Assembly: GCA_963662465.1 (NCBI GenBank) | Contig: OY759599.1 | Span: forward strand, 2,400,001 to 2,464,000 | Direction: 5' to 3' | DNA length: 64,000 bases | From: Desulfatiglandales bacterium | Lineage (GTDB): Bacteria > Desulfobacterota > DSM-4660 > Desulfatiglandales > Desulfatiglandaceae | Part shown: positions 36,823-47,500 of the stretch, in pieces | How the letters are laid out: every line of letters starts with the position of its first letter | Position numbering within the stretch: position 1 is the stretch's first letter | Notes under the pieces: generated by a model | The model's database searches: none | What the model was told of the DNA's origin: nothing | The model's input: only the letters and a program-made list of their open reading frames with translations | Translations under genes and position numbers: made by a program

Positions 36823-38124
36823 ATGTATGCTAGTTCCATGGAAGCTGCGGGAGATACCGCCAAACAGGGCATTAAAACGCAAACCAAGGCGCACGAAGCC
36901 CTCTTCTCCAAAGTCCTCAGCCAACAAATGGAAGATTCACTTCCAAACGCCTATGAGAATACGCCAAAAACATCAGCAGATGAAAACGGGAGAAACACAG
37001 GCGCTGATCGGGTACTCGTGGGGACCCTATCAAAACAGAACCCCTCAGTTTCAAACCTCCTGATCAAACACCCTGTTTATGGAAAAGACTGTTGGAATAT
37101 CATTCACTCTCAAATAAATCGCAACAAAACTTATCGCAAAGTGCAGGAAGGCGCTGCAATATACGTGAATCCGAAGACCCGTGAAATTATATGGAACAGC
37201 GAAATCGTTGCTGGAAAGGAAATGCAGGCAACAAGGGAAAAACCAAAAGGGATACGACAGGTCTGTCTGGGAACCATCTCCAAAGCAACTCCAACGGTCT
37301 CTCATCTTCTCATTAACCATCCCGTATATGCAAAAGAATGCTGGAACATCCTTTCCTCCGACTTGAACAGCGCCAAGTCCTATACCACAATACCCAATAA
37401 CGTAACGGTTTACCTGGATGCTGAAACCCAAGAAATTACGTGGCAAGAAAAAAAGTCATCAGAAGTGAGCGCTCTGCCAAAAACGCCCTCCATTATCCCC
37501 ACCCAACAGAAACAAACGCTTGTATCCGATTTGTTTTCCGCGGGTCTGGCTAAAGCCGTTAAGCCCTACATCGGAAAATCTTACAACGAAATCAACTGTT
37601 TTGAATTACTGGCAAACGGGCTGGAAGCGGTGGGAATTCAATATCGCGGTCCCGGCGGTCTAGGCGGAAAACTTATGAAAATGGCATTGGAAAGAGGCTT
37701 ACCCGAAAACCACTATCTTTCAGGAGAGGGCCTCGTCGAAACATCCGGTTCACTGGTCTACATGAAATCCGTTCCAAAAATCCGAAACTCAAAGGCGGAA
37801 GCCAATGCTTTTTACAAAGAAATAGAACCCTTGCTTGATAAAGGCTTGATTCTTTCTTTTTCAACGCCCAGCCGAGGCCATACCGGCATTATTTCCAAAC
37901 GGGAAAACCTTTGGACCTATATCAATTCGGGAAACATGGACCATCGCATGGGCGGCAGGGGATCAAAAGGCGTGGGAGAAGAATTCCTGGCGCCGGAAAT
38001 CAGGAATTGGTTCACCCTCGCGGCAAGCAAGGGGGAAGCACTCCAGATCACCGTGGGCAGACTGCATGAAAACAAACTCAAAGACAATTTGAAACCGGTC
38101 GCCAAAAACATGCGAACATTGTAA
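36823..38124 (+). CDS. Hypothetical protein with two tandem ~62-aa repeats and a C-terminal NlpC/P60-like (Cys-His) domain
   Basis: Internal duplication at 37009-37194 and 37258-37443; YIGKSY..INC...GHTGII...YINS. The ORF is secure but the domain call is inference. Confidence 0.65.
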   Translation: MYASSMEAAGDTAKQGIKTQTKAHEALFSKVLSQQMEDSLPNAYENTPKTSADENGRNTGADRVLVGTLSKQNPSVSNLLIKHPVYGKDCWNIIHSQINRNKTYRKVQEGAAIYVNPKTREIIWNSEIVAGKEMQATREKPKGIRQVCLGTISKATPTVSHLLINHPVYAKECWNILSSDLNSAKSYTTIPNNVTVYLDAETQEITWQEKKSSEVSALPKTPSIIPTQQKQTLVSDLFSAGLAKAVKPYIGKSYNEINCFELLANGLEAVGIQYRGPGGLGGKLMKMALERGLPENHYLSGEGLVETSGSLVYMKSVPKIRNSKAEANAFYKEIEPLLDKGLILSFSTPSRGHTGIISKRENLWTYINSGNMDHRMGGRGSKGVGEEFLAPEIRNWFTLAASKGEALQITVGRLHENKLKDNLKPVAKNMRTL

Positions 38125-38138
38125 ATGGGTGCCCCTCA

Positions 38139-38879
38139 TCAAAGCTCATGGGCGCCCTGATAGCGCTTCAGTACATTGAACACCTTAACGGCTTTTTCCA
38201 AAAAACGTTCTCCTCCCACCCGTTGAATCATCTTTTTCCCATTTTCAGGTTTCTTCAATTCAATCAGGTTGAGGTCTTCCATCAAAGAAAGTACTTCCGT
38301 GATTTCAGCCTTCTCTTTTGAAAGGGCTTCGGTTATGGCATCCACGGTATCATCATAGAAAATAGACAACCTATCGTGTATAAACAATAAATTCAGAATC
38401 TGAGAAACACCCACATAACTGTCGGGACTTTTGGATGCTTTAATCGTCGTATCCTGAAGACGCCCGGCAATGGTCAGTAAGCAGGTTGATATCAGTCTGG
38501 GCGAGGCATTTATGTATTTGTCAAAGGTATCTTTCGGAATTTTGACCACGTCGGAATCTTCAACCGCCGTTGCCGTTGCCGTTCGCTTATGCACCTTTAA
38601 AACAAGGGCCATCTCACCGAAAACGGTCTTATCCGTCAGCGTCGTCAGAACCACTTTCTTTCCTTCAACCTTCACCGAGATTTCAATACGTCCTTTTTTT
38701 AATAAATACGCTTCGTAAGCTCTGGCGCCTTCGGAAAAGACGACCTGATTTTTCTTAAACCTGTCGACCTGAAACTCGGAGTTTCTCAAATTCAATTCCG
38801 GGTCATATTTCTTTTTGATATGGTCCATCAAAGGGGTAAAGGGTTTGTTATTCAAGTTTACGATCCTTTCCTGAATCAT
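38139..38879 (-). CDS. Cyclic nucleotide-binding (Crp/Fnr-type) protein
   Basis: VFSEG...AYLLKKGRIEI, FGEMAL and RTATATA. Confidence 0.85.
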   Translation of the reverse strand: MIQERIVNLNNKPFTPLMDHIKKKYDPELNLRNSEFQVDRFKKNQVVFSEGARAYEAYLLKKGRIEISVKVEGKKVVLTTLTDKTVFGEMALVLKVHKRTATATAVEDSDVVKIPKDTFDKYINASPRLISTCLLTIAGRLQDTTIKASKSPDSYVGVSQILNLLFIHDRLSIFYDDTVDAITEALSKEKAEITEVLSLMEDLNLIELKKPENGKKMIQRVGGERFLEKAVKVFNVLKRYQGAHEL

Positions 38880-38893
38880 TTTTTCGAGCCCTG

Positions 38894-39406
38894 TTAAATC
38901 GTTTTTTCAAGGGCTGAGAGTTCATCGGTATTCAGAACCTGATCAATATCGAGCAAAATCTTTACGCCGCCCTCCATCTTGGCCATACCAAGTATATACT
39001 GGGTATCCAATTTGGCCCCGAACGCAGGCGTATCCTCAATATCCTCGCCCTTTATGTTCAGCACCTCCGATACCGCATCAACAACGGCGCCGATCAGGAT
39101 CGTCCCGGTTTGCCCGTCAATCTCCACCACAATAATGCAAGTTCGTTCAGTGTATTCAAGTTTCTCCATTCCGAAGCGCAGTCTTAGATCGATAACCGGA
39201 ATCACCTTGCCTCTCAAGTTAATCACGCCTTTGACAAATTTCGGTGTTCGGGGTACGGAAGTGATCGGCATCATGCCAATAATCTCTTTAATTTTGAGAA
39301 TGCCGATACCGTATTCCTCTTCCGCCAGAATGAAAGTGAGATATTTCCCTTCCCTGTCCGTCATAACTTTAACTGCCTGATCCACTATTTCGGGTGATTT
39401 TCCCAT
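38894..39406 (-). CDS. cheW: Chemotaxis coupling protein CheW
   Basis: KYLTF, EEYGI, VKGVINLRGKVIPVIDLR and VDAVSEV. Confidence 0.96.
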   Translation of the reverse strand: MGKSPEIVDQAVKVMTDREGKYLTFILAEEEYGIGILKIKEIIGMMPITSVPRTPKFVKGVINLRGKVIPVIDLRLRFGMEKLEYTERTCIIVVEIDGQTGTILIGAVVDAVSEVLNIKGEDIEDTPAFGAKLDTQYILGMAKMEGGVKILLDIDQVLNTDELSALEKTI

Positions 39407-39640
39407 CTCTATAATATTACCTCCTTATATAGTTCCGCAAATTGGACTGACTCAAGCAGACAGCCTGAGTGCCATATATATATCATATCAACAGCATAAT
39501 TCAAGGGTTGTGCGACCGTATGCTCCTTAAACTGAACCTGAAAAGCAAACGAGTCAAATTTATGACGCTTTTTGTGGTAAATGCTCATGAATCACATGAC
39601 CATTCACCCCCCAACATGAAAATAATACCCCCTGCTTTTA

Positions 39641-39675
39641 AGCTAACAGCTGATAGCTAACAGCTAATCGCTAAC
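39641..39675 (+). repeat. Tandem 7-bp repeat tract, 5 copies of (A/C)GCT(A/G)A(C/T)
   Basis: AGCTAAC AGCTGAT AGCTAAC AGCTAAT CGCTAAC. Confidence 0.75.
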
Positions 39676-39677
39676 AC

Positions 39678-39693
39678 CGGCATGAAACTTGAA
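39678..39693 (+). promoter_or_regulatory. Possible variant sigma54 promoter
   Basis: CGGCATGAAACTTGAA: GG-N10-GA with TTGA at -12, upstream of the lipoprotein genes. Confidence 0.4.
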
Positions 39694-39751
39694 TATCCTT
39701 TTGGGAAAAATTTAAAATTATTAAAAAGCATGAATTTTAGGGATAACCAAA

Positions 39752-40357
39752 ATGTTCGCCAAGATAATTTTCCATGACTTTGTTGTTTTAGCGGCCTTCT
39801 GCCTGATTCTCCCAGGGTGTTCCTATCAGCGAACGGTATCCCTTCCACCCGTGGGTTTGCCTGAAAGCATTTTTTCAATGCCTGAAACGAACCGTTACCA
39901 CGGCGCAAACGTCGCCGTATTCTCATTCAGCGAACCCTCATATGCCCCTGGACAAGGCAAAGCCGCAGCGCGTTTTCTCTGTCAGAAACTGGAACAAAAA
40001 GGCGTATTCGCATCGGTTATTCTACAGCCGGACATTTTGGACATGACCATGGAAAGCCTGATCGAGACGGCCCGTTCCAAACGATATGATCTCCTGATAA
40101 CAGGAGCGCTACTTTATTATTTTGACGGCAGCAATCTGGAACCCTCTGAAGTCACGGAGGAAATCCGAATTGTTAAAATAAGAGGCGGAAAACCGTCAAC
40201 ACTCTGGCACGCCAAGGCCACTGAGACGGCGATGCCCGCGCTTTTTAAAGATTACATATTCGCACGGGGAAAAGGCGCTCCTGCACCGTCAACTGCCGTT
40301 CTGATGAAAAGAAATGCCGAAAAATTCTGCAATATGATACTCGATTATCAGCAATAG
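39752..40357 (+). CDS. Putative lipoprotein (alpha/beta, TolB-N/CsgG-like pattern)
   Basis: Lipobox LPGC; VAVFSF..P..APG.G motif; YDLLITG. Confidence 0.65.
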   Translation: MFAKIIFHDFVVLAAFCLILPGCSYQRTVSLPPVGLPESIFSMPETNRYHGANVAVFSFSEPSYAPGQGKAAARFLCQKLEQKGVFASVILQPDILDMTMESLIETARSKRYDLLITGALLYYFDGSNLEPSEVTEEIRIVKIRGGKPSTLWHAKATETAMPALFKDYIFARGKGAPAPSTAVLMKRNAEKFCNMILDYQQ

Positions 40358-40403
40358 GGGTTGGCCGTCAGCCATAACGAAATGAATCATTCACTTTTAA
40401 ACA

Positions 40404-41105
40404 GTGAAATCAAAACAGATGCCGTTTACCAGAAAAAAGGATCAAATAATCATGCTGGAACACCCCAAAAAAATAATGATGCAATTTTGCAAAAGGGCGT
40501 TGTTGGGCTTTAGCAAAACATCCCACACCTCTCACTGCTGTTCGGTCTGTACATTTCTAAGCATACTCCTGACCATGGGAATAGCAGGCTGCGCACAAAA
40601 CACATCTTCAGACTCAAAGACAACAAAAGAAATCTCTTTCACATTGCCGAATCCACAGCGCTACTCCAACATACTCGAAACAAGTTATGTGGCAGCCGAC
40701 AGCCTTGGCAAAGGATTGCGTTTTCGCGGGATAACGCCGGATATGCCGATATTGGCCGCAAGTTTTGTCGATATTGACGATTTAACCCAGTCCTCCACTC
40801 TGGGACGAATCGTCTCAGAACAAATTGCAAGCCGTCTGGCCCAGCATGGCTTCAAGGTTATAGAAACCAAATTACGCCAGGGATCCATCTTCATCAAAAA
40901 AGGGAAAGGTGAATTTCTACTGTCCCGTGAATTACTGGATCTCAGCGCCAATCAAGGGGCTCAAGCGGTTCTGGTGGGGACATATGCTGTTTCGGAATAC
41001 TTCATTTTTATTTCCGCCCGCGTTGTTCGAACAGAAAACAGCGCTGTTATTACCGGCTATGATTATGAACTACCCCAGGACAAAACCACCAAATCAATGC
41101 TCTGA
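40404..41105 (+). CDS. FlgO-domain lipoprotein
   Basis: Lipobox IAGC; ASFVDIDDL..SSTLGR..SEQ, GEFLLSRE and AVLVGTY. The true start is probably downstream of 40404. Confidence 0.8.
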   Translation: MKSKQMPFTRKKDQIIMLEHPKKIMMQFCKRALLGFSKTSHTSHCCSVCTFLSILLTMGIAGCAQNTSSDSKTTKEISFTLPNPQRYSNILETSYVAADSLGKGLRFRGITPDMPILAASFVDIDDLTQSSTLGRIVSEQIASRLAQHGFKVIETKLRQGSIFIKKGKGEFLLSRELLDLSANQGAQAVLVGTYAVSEYFIFISARVVRTENSAVITGYDYELPQDKTTKSML

Positions 41106-41179
41106 GAACGTACCATTTTGGTTTTTTGCCGCCGCATCCCCTGTTTCCTCGGGGACTAAAGGCCCAAGGGTGCATGCAT

Positions 41180-41899
41180 ATGAAAACACATCATAAATTT
41201 TACCACATTCCAACCCGAAGTGTTCTAAGAAAAATCCTCCTTCTTTTGACCCTGTCAATATTTGCTTGCCCGACAGGATGTTTTTCTTCGCCAAAAGAGT
41301 CAACGTTATTGATTCGACAATTGAACCCGCATGAAAACAAAGAAAACGCAGTTGATTTGAATTCACTTCTCATGGAAGTAAATGGCTTGGTTCAAACCCA
41401 TGATTATGAAAGGGCCAAGATTTTATTGTCGGAGGCTCATGCAAAAACACAGGCGGGTCCCGACAGGGTCATCATCATCAGGGCAATGGATCAGATTAAG
41501 GCCGAAGAAAAAACATTTTACATGCCTGAACAGATCAACATTGCAAATATTGAAAAAGATGTAAAAGGTTTGATCGAAGAAGAAAAATTCGAAGAGGCCA
41601 TCGCCCGGCTTGAAACAATTCAAAACCCATCACCTGAAAACTCCCGCGACACCGTCGGAGAATTAAAACAGAAAGCCATAAACAGCCTGATCAACCGGGA
41701 AAGAAATCGTGCGGCGGAGATTTTCTTGAAAGCCAAAAGAACCAATGATCCTTCTCGGAAACAAGAGATGCTTTATGCTTCCCGTGAAATCCTGACCACG
41801 CTTATCCTGAACTATCCGAATTCGTCCTTGATTCATACCCTGGAAAGGAACCTTGACGTTGTTGAGCAAACCTTGGGAAAAGTCCAAGAGGCGCAGTGA
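41180..41899 (+). CDS. Putative lipoprotein with TPR-like helices
   Basis: Hydrophobic segment ending in Cys; YERAKILL, FEEAIARL and YPNS motifs; start uncertain. Confidence 0.6.
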   Translation: MKTHHKFYHIPTRSVLRKILLLLTLSIFACPTGCFSSPKESTLLIRQLNPHENKENAVDLNSLLMEVNGLVQTHDYERAKILLSEAHAKTQAGPDRVIIIRAMDQIKAEEKTFYMPEQINIANIEKDVKGLIEEEKFEEAIARLETIQNPSPENSRDTVGELKQKAINSLINRERNRAAEIFLKAKRTNDPSRKQEMLYASREILTTLILNYPNSSLIHTLERNLDVVEQTLGKVQEAQ

Positions 41900-41953
41900 A
41901 GGGTCGTCGGCAAAATGACCTCAATTTGATAGTCTGTTTTGCGGAAAACCTCG

Positions 41954-42823
41954 TCACGGCTTAGGATTAAACAGCGCAAGCTGCGTCTCCAAATCCCATC
42001 GGGCCTCATTGGACAAATGGTTTTTCCGTTTAAACGCCACCAAAGCATTACGAGAACGCGTTTTCCATATGCCGTCAACCTTCCAGGTATAGAAACCGAG
42101 ACGCGACAATTGCGCCTGTACAATTTTTGCGGCCAGGGGATTAGAGAGTTTTAGCAGGACCGACCCACTCGAAATCGGATTGATCTTCCCCTTTGATGAA
42201 GCTGCTGAGGCAGCATCTTGATTTTCGTTAATATCGGAAACTTCCACTGACTGCATTGCGGTGACAACATCCGTTTTTTTTCCTGCCAGCCTTTTTAAGG
42301 TATCATCCATGCGGATCGTAAAATCATAGGAAGAGATGAGAGTGTTATCGAGAATGCTGACGAGCCTGACAGACACGAATGCACAGTTATCATCCAGGGA
42401 ATAAGTTCCCACAATGATTGCCTGGGCGTCATAGCAACCATCGAGCCTGGCGGTTTCCCTTGATAGAACGAACTCTCCCTTTTTTTCTTGAATGATCAAA
42501 CTTCCCTTTCCCAGTCTGAGTTCAACCACCCTGTAGCCATGTTGTGAGAACCTTGACGCAACCCTCACGCCCATAAGTCTACCGAATGCAGAGGTTTCCT
42601 TCAAATCATCCAGATTAACAAAGCTGGTGGATAGTATGGGTAAAGTTCTGTCCAAATAAAAAAGGCGGTTTCTTTCCAGCATGTCTCCGGCAACACGAGA
42701 AATGCCGTCTATGTCGGGGGGACAGCAGTATGAAAAGCCGAGCTTTGCGTCACCCACACAAAAAATGAAACATGCAACCAGAATGACAATCCGACAATCA
42801 AAATAGTCATATCGATATCTCAT
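41954..42823 (-). CDS. FlgO-domain protein with a C-terminal peptidoglycan-binding domain
   Basis: TSFVNLDDL.ETSAFGR, GEFVLSRE and IIVGTY; C-terminal VQAQLSRLGFY...VDGIW...SRNALVAF. Start 42823 after GAGGAGG. Confidence 0.8.
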   Translation of the reverse strand: MRYRYDYFDCRIVILVACFIFCVGDAKLGFSYCCPPDIDGISRVAGDMLERNRLFYLDRTLPILSTSFVNLDDLKETSAFGRLMGVRVASRFSQHGYRVVELRLGKGSLIIQEKKGEFVLSRETARLDGCYDAQAIIVGTYSLDDNCAFVSVRLVSILDNTLISSYDFTIRMDDTLKRLAGKKTDVVTAMQSVEVSDINENQDAASAASSKGKINPISSGSVLLKLSNPLAAKIVQAQLSRLGFYTWKVDGIWKTRSRNALVAFKRKNHLSNEARWDLETQLALFNPKP

Positions 42824-42833
42824 CTTAACCTCC

Positions 42834-43547
42834 TCATTTATCGACCAGTGTGTATCTGGCAACGGCAGGCTCCTGAACTTCCGCCTTCTGAGCGTAATGC
42901 CACCATTCAGGATCATTGATGTAATAGACCGAAGAATGCCTCATTACGTAAACGCCTTTGAACGTCAGCGACAACGTCACCATGACCTCCTTTTCCGGCA
43001 GCTCAATCGTGTACTCTCCCGCCTCCACATTCAATTCAGCTGAATTTACAAGAGACTGTGCTTTACGGCTTTGGTTTTCTAACCCGGATAGAGGTATATC
43101 GCGATGCACAAAGAATCCCGGGGCTAATGATTCGTAAACGCCTGCTTTCGTTCGGATAATCCTCCGCTTGTGAGTAACAACCTGTGTATCAAAGGAAAGC
43201 ACCAATGGGTCTTTGTAATTGTTGGATACAGGCAGTCCCCTTTCAACCAACCGCGTAATAAGCAGTTCGTGAAAACCCTTGTCAAAGGGCGTTATGCCGG
43301 CGGAAGCGATATATAAGGGGAATTGATTCTCAGAAAAACTTTCCATCAATTTAAGATAGACAATGCTTGCAACATCTTCCGCGAGAACGCTCCAATGATG
43401 AACAGCCTGCATCTTCTGTTGCGTACTCAGGCAATAGGCGTTCGGCACAGGCGCCTGCGACGTAATGGACGTCTGCATGGGATGACACCCTTGAGCCAAT
43501 ATTAAGATGGCGACTCCTAAGACCAATACCTGCATCCTTATGAACAT
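42834..43547 (-). CDS. Hypothetical lipoprotein
   Basis: Lipobox AQGC; QKMQAVHHW motif; RBS GAGGGAGG; adjacent to the FlgO-domain gene. Confidence 0.7.
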   Translation of the reverse strand: MFIRMQVLVLGVAILILAQGCHPMQTSITSQAPVPNAYCLSTQQKMQAVHHWSVLAEDVASIVYLKLMESFSENQFPLYIASAGITPFDKGFHELLITRLVERGLPVSNNYKDPLVLSFDTQVVTHKRRIIRTKAGVYESLAPGFFVHRDIPLSGLENQSRKAQSLVNSAELNVEAGEYTIELPEKEVMVTLSLTFKGVYVMRHSSVYYINDPEWWHYAQKAEVQEPAVARYTLVDK

Positions 43548-43687
43548 TATGACATCCTCCCTCACCGCAATGCTTTCCGAAAACCGATAATTCCCATACG
43601 CACCCCTTATTTATCATATCAGCAGGCGGGCCCGATTACTTTAGATGTTTTTTTCCAAAGCGAGAATTTCCGAGCTTCCCGCGATAG

Positions 43688-43716
43688 TTGACACGACAAC
43701 GGTCAGGCGATAGAAT
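43688..43716 (+). promoter_or_regulatory. Sigma70 promoter for the binding protein-kinase-HD-GYP operon
   Basis: TTGACA-N17-TAGAAT, near consensus. Confidence 0.75.
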
Positions 43717-43767
43717 CGTGTTCAAAAGCATTAACTTTAAGAAATCCCTTATCATTAAACAGGAGGA

Positions 43768-44556
43768 ATGATGAAGCGCAACTTCCCCGTACCAGCGTTT
43801 TTTTTATTCATGGCATGTCTTTTTATCTGCACCGGCTGCGAAAAAAAAACCCCCGAGGCAAAAAAAGAAATCCTGATATACTGCGGCATTACCATGATAA
43901 AACCCATCTCGGAGATCGCGAAAATAATTGAAGGACAAGAGGATTGCAAAATCATCATCACCAAGGGCGGCTCCGGAAATTTGCTGAAGTCCATTAAAAT
44001 CAACAAGGTTGGGGACCTTTATCTGCCGGGGTCCGATTCATACATTAAAACATGCCTGAAAGAGGGTCTAGTTTCCGAAACAGCCCATGTGGGATACAAT
44101 AAAGCCGCCATGATGGTTCAAAAAGGGAATCCGAAAAACATCCGCCCGGATCTGGTCAGCCTTGAGAATAGCCACTACTATGTCGTGATCGGAAATCCCG
44201 ACAGCGGCAGCATCGGAAAAGAAACCAAAAAAATTCTCAATAAAAGAGGCATTTTCAATGAAGTGTTGAACAATGCCCTGAAATTGACAACCGACTCAAA
44301 AGACCTCATTGTCGTTATCAAAAACCAGGAGGCCGATCTGGTGGTGAACTGGTATGCCACAGCAACCTGGGCGGAAAATAAACCTTTCATTGACATCCTG
44401 CCCATCGATGAAAAGTTCGCCGAAAAGAAAAAACTCATTATGGGGTTGCTGGCGACTTCACGATACCCTGAAATAGCAAAAAAAATAATGGCATATGCCT
44501 CGTCCCCAAAGGGACGTGAAATTTTCAACAAATATGGCCTCTACGATGTTCAGTGA
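43768..44556 (+). CDS. ModA-like periplasmic substrate-binding lipoprotein
   Basis: Lipobox [31 protein letters not shown] and [19 protein letters not shown]. Confidence 0.82.
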   Translation: MMKRNFPVPAFFLFMACLFICTGCEKKTPEAKKEILIYCGITMIKPISEIAKIIEGQEDCKIIITKGGSGNLLKSIKINKVGDLYLPGSDSYIKTCLKEGLVSETAHVGYNKAAMMVQKGNPKNIRPDLVSLENSHYYVVIGNPDSGSIGKETKKILNKRGIFNEVLNNALKLTTDSKDLIVVIKNQEADLVVNWYATATWAENKPFIDILPIDEKFAEKKKLIMGLLATSRYPEIAKKIMAYASSPKGREIFNKYGLYDVQ

Positions 44557-47500
44557 TCATGGTTCAATCACAACGCTCCTGAAGGAACCGATCAGGCGAA
44601 AACTCATCGTCATGATAATTGTATTTTTTTCGGCCCTGGCTGTGCTGATCGGGGCCGATGACTTTATGCAACGGTCAAATCGAAACTATGGCCTGGCCCA
44701 TGAAAACCAAAGCGCCAGGCGTCGGCTGGGTCGCGTGATTCTCAACAGACTCATGCGCATCGAACTCGACATGAAAGACATAACCTCCGCCAAGGACGAA
44801 AGAGCGGTTGAAATTAGTGAAAGGAACATTTTCAAGTCTATTCAAGACATCCGGGCCGTTCTGGACGTCCTGCAAACCGGCGGCGTCTTTGAGAATCTCT
44901 TGCCGGCCAATTTTAACGACGTGGATCTCATCCGGGAACGCATCTCATTTTCAATCCCCCCCGAATCAGGCTACGTTGTCGAAGTGATTGACTTGACACC
45001 CAAAATTATTGATATCGAACAAATTTCATCCCAACTTTCTCTTGCAGTGGGCAAAAAACTATCGGAACCCGGTCGTTATGACCGTACCGCCATGAACCAG
45101 CAGATTATGCTCCTGGAAAAACAGGCGGAAACGTTTCTGTTTCGATCCAGGGAAAGCGTAAACAAAATCTATTATGAAACCCACAAGGAAATTGAACGTC
45201 TTGAACAAAAAAAAGAGGCCACCTACCAGTGGTTTATTTTAATTCGATACGGTATTGCCGGCATCATCGCTTGCCTCTGCATCATCATGGGAATGCGCAC
45301 CATCAGCCAAATCGGGGCTATTCTGAGAGAAAGGGAAGAGGCAGCTTCGGACCTGCAAAGAACACATGAAAGCATGGCGCTGATCCTGGATGCACTCCCC
45401 GTCGGCGTTGTCACGGTGGGAGGAGATCATAGGGTTCTCAGCATCAACAAAGCGGGCGTCAACCTGCTGGAATCAGTATCCCCGGATGAGGTATTGGGAA
45501 AAAATTGTTCGGATCTTTTCTGCAAAGCCCAAAACACGGCGTGCCCCCTGACCAACAAAGGGGCGATTTCACATGAAATGGAAATTGAACTTCAGACCAT
45601 CACCGGCAAGAAACTGCCGGTGATCAAAAACGCCATCTCACTCCGATTGAAGGACGAACCCATCATCCTTGAAGCCTTCATGGACATTTCCCCACGTATT
45701 CAAGCCGAAAAAGAGCTGTTTGAAAAACAGCAATTCATCGATAATGTCATCAATTCAGCCCCCGTAGGAATCGTCGTAATTGATGCCGAAACCCACACCA
45801 TCATTGATATGAACCAGACCGCCCTAAAAATGATCGGCCATTCAAGAGAAAGGGCTGTCGGCGCCATCTGTCACCGATTCCTGTGTCCCAATGAGATCGG
45901 ACACTGCCCCATAACGGACAAGAATGAGACCGTGGATCATTCTGAAAGGATATTGCTGGATGCCGGCGGCAATACACTGAACATTTTGAAGAGCGTTGTG
46001 GGCACTACCGTTCAGGGACGGGCATGTTTGGTGGAAAGTTTTGTGGATATTACCGACCGCAAAAAAACGGAAAGGGAGCTGCTGCTGGCCAAGGAAAATA
46101 CCGAAGCCGCTAATTTGGCCCTGGCTCGGGCAAACAAGGAACTTGAAAAATCCATTCTCACAACCAGGGAGATGGCCCGGCAAGCTGAAAAAGCCAATTC
46201 AGCCAAAAGTGAATTCCTGGCCAACATGAGTCATGAAATTCGTACGCCCCTCAATGGCGTGGTCGGCATGCTGAACCTCCTCGAAGAAAGCAATCTGCCG
46301 GTAGAACCAAGGGAATACGTGGAAATGGCCTCAACTTCAGCGGAATCGCTGTTGCACGTCATTAACGATATCCTCGATATTTCCAAGATTGAAGCCGGCA
46401 GGCTTGACATCGAAGCAAGACCCTTTGATTTGCAGGAAGAAGTCTCCCGGTTAATGGCGGTGTTCGCCAAAAAAACTGAAAACCGGGATCTGGAACTGAT
46501 TACCAGGTTTGATGCCAAAGCCCCCCGTTTTGTGGTCGGCGATTGCACCAGAATCCGTCAAGTGCTCTTCAATCTTGTGGGCAATGCCTTAAAATTTACC
46601 CAGGAAGGATATGTCTGGCTCGACGTTCATTGCCAACAATCCGATGGAACATCCGTGACATTGGAAATCAGCGTCACGGATACGGGGATCGGCATACCAA
46701 AGGATAAAATTGATATGATCTTCGACCATTTCAGTCAGGCCGATGCGTCTACGACGCGAAAATTCGGCGGCACGGGGCTGGGGCTTGCCATTTGCAGGCA
46801 GTTGGTAAAGTTAATGGGCGGAGAGCTGAAAGCAACCAGTATCCCAGGTGAAAAAACAAGGTTCTATTTTACCCTGGATTTGCCCATTGATAAAGAGATT
46901 CATCCTGAAGTCGCCCATGCCCGGGAATTGAATATGGGGCGCCTCCTTCTGGTGGACGATAATGATATCAACCTGCGGATTTTCTCGGAATATCTCTCAA
47001 ACTGGAACGTCCGCCATGATATATGTTCCGACCCTTTAACCGTTTTGGATCTTTTGGGTAAAGCCAAACGGACGCATGATCCTTACACCCTTGTTTTAAC
47101 CGATTACCTGATGCCCAAGCTGGACGGCATGGCCCTTTGTCGCGCCATTAAATCCGATCTGAACCTAAAACAAACGCCCGTGATTGTCGCTACATCACAG
47201 GATGGTCCGGGCGAAAAAGAGCGAATCATGTCTGCCGGATTTTCCGCCCATCTGGTCAAACCCGTCAGCCCCAGCGACCTTTTCAATACGCTGCAAGACA
47301 TTCAGGACAAACCGTCCCAATGGGTTCCCCCCCATAACGGGACCACTGTTCAGAAAAAGCGCAAAACCGACCACCTTCAAGAAATCGAAGGGGCGTCCCG
47401 AATGCAGGTACTGCTGGTTGAAGACCATCCCATCAATCAAAAAGCGATTATCCCTATTCTGGGCAAACTCGGCTTTGGAAATGTAGCGATCGCCGATAAC

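Noticed and set aside
36767..37063. Alternative ORF or frameshifted N-terminus for the 36823 gene
   Set aside because: Its ATG lies at or before the expected sigma54 start site, and 36823 has its own purine-rich RBS.
39459..39474. Sigma54 promoter for cheW (TGGCACTCAGGCTGTC, minus strand)
   Set aside because: Good -24 element but the -12 reads CTGT, which is too weak to call.
41897..41952. Insertion sequence or MITE end between convergent genes
   Set aside because: Only an imperfect hairpin, with no second copy, target duplication or transposase.
43768..44556. Ordinary modA of a molybdate ABC importer
   Set aside because: No modB or modC in the window, the binding loop is altered, and the gene overlaps a kinase. 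The symbol was withheld.
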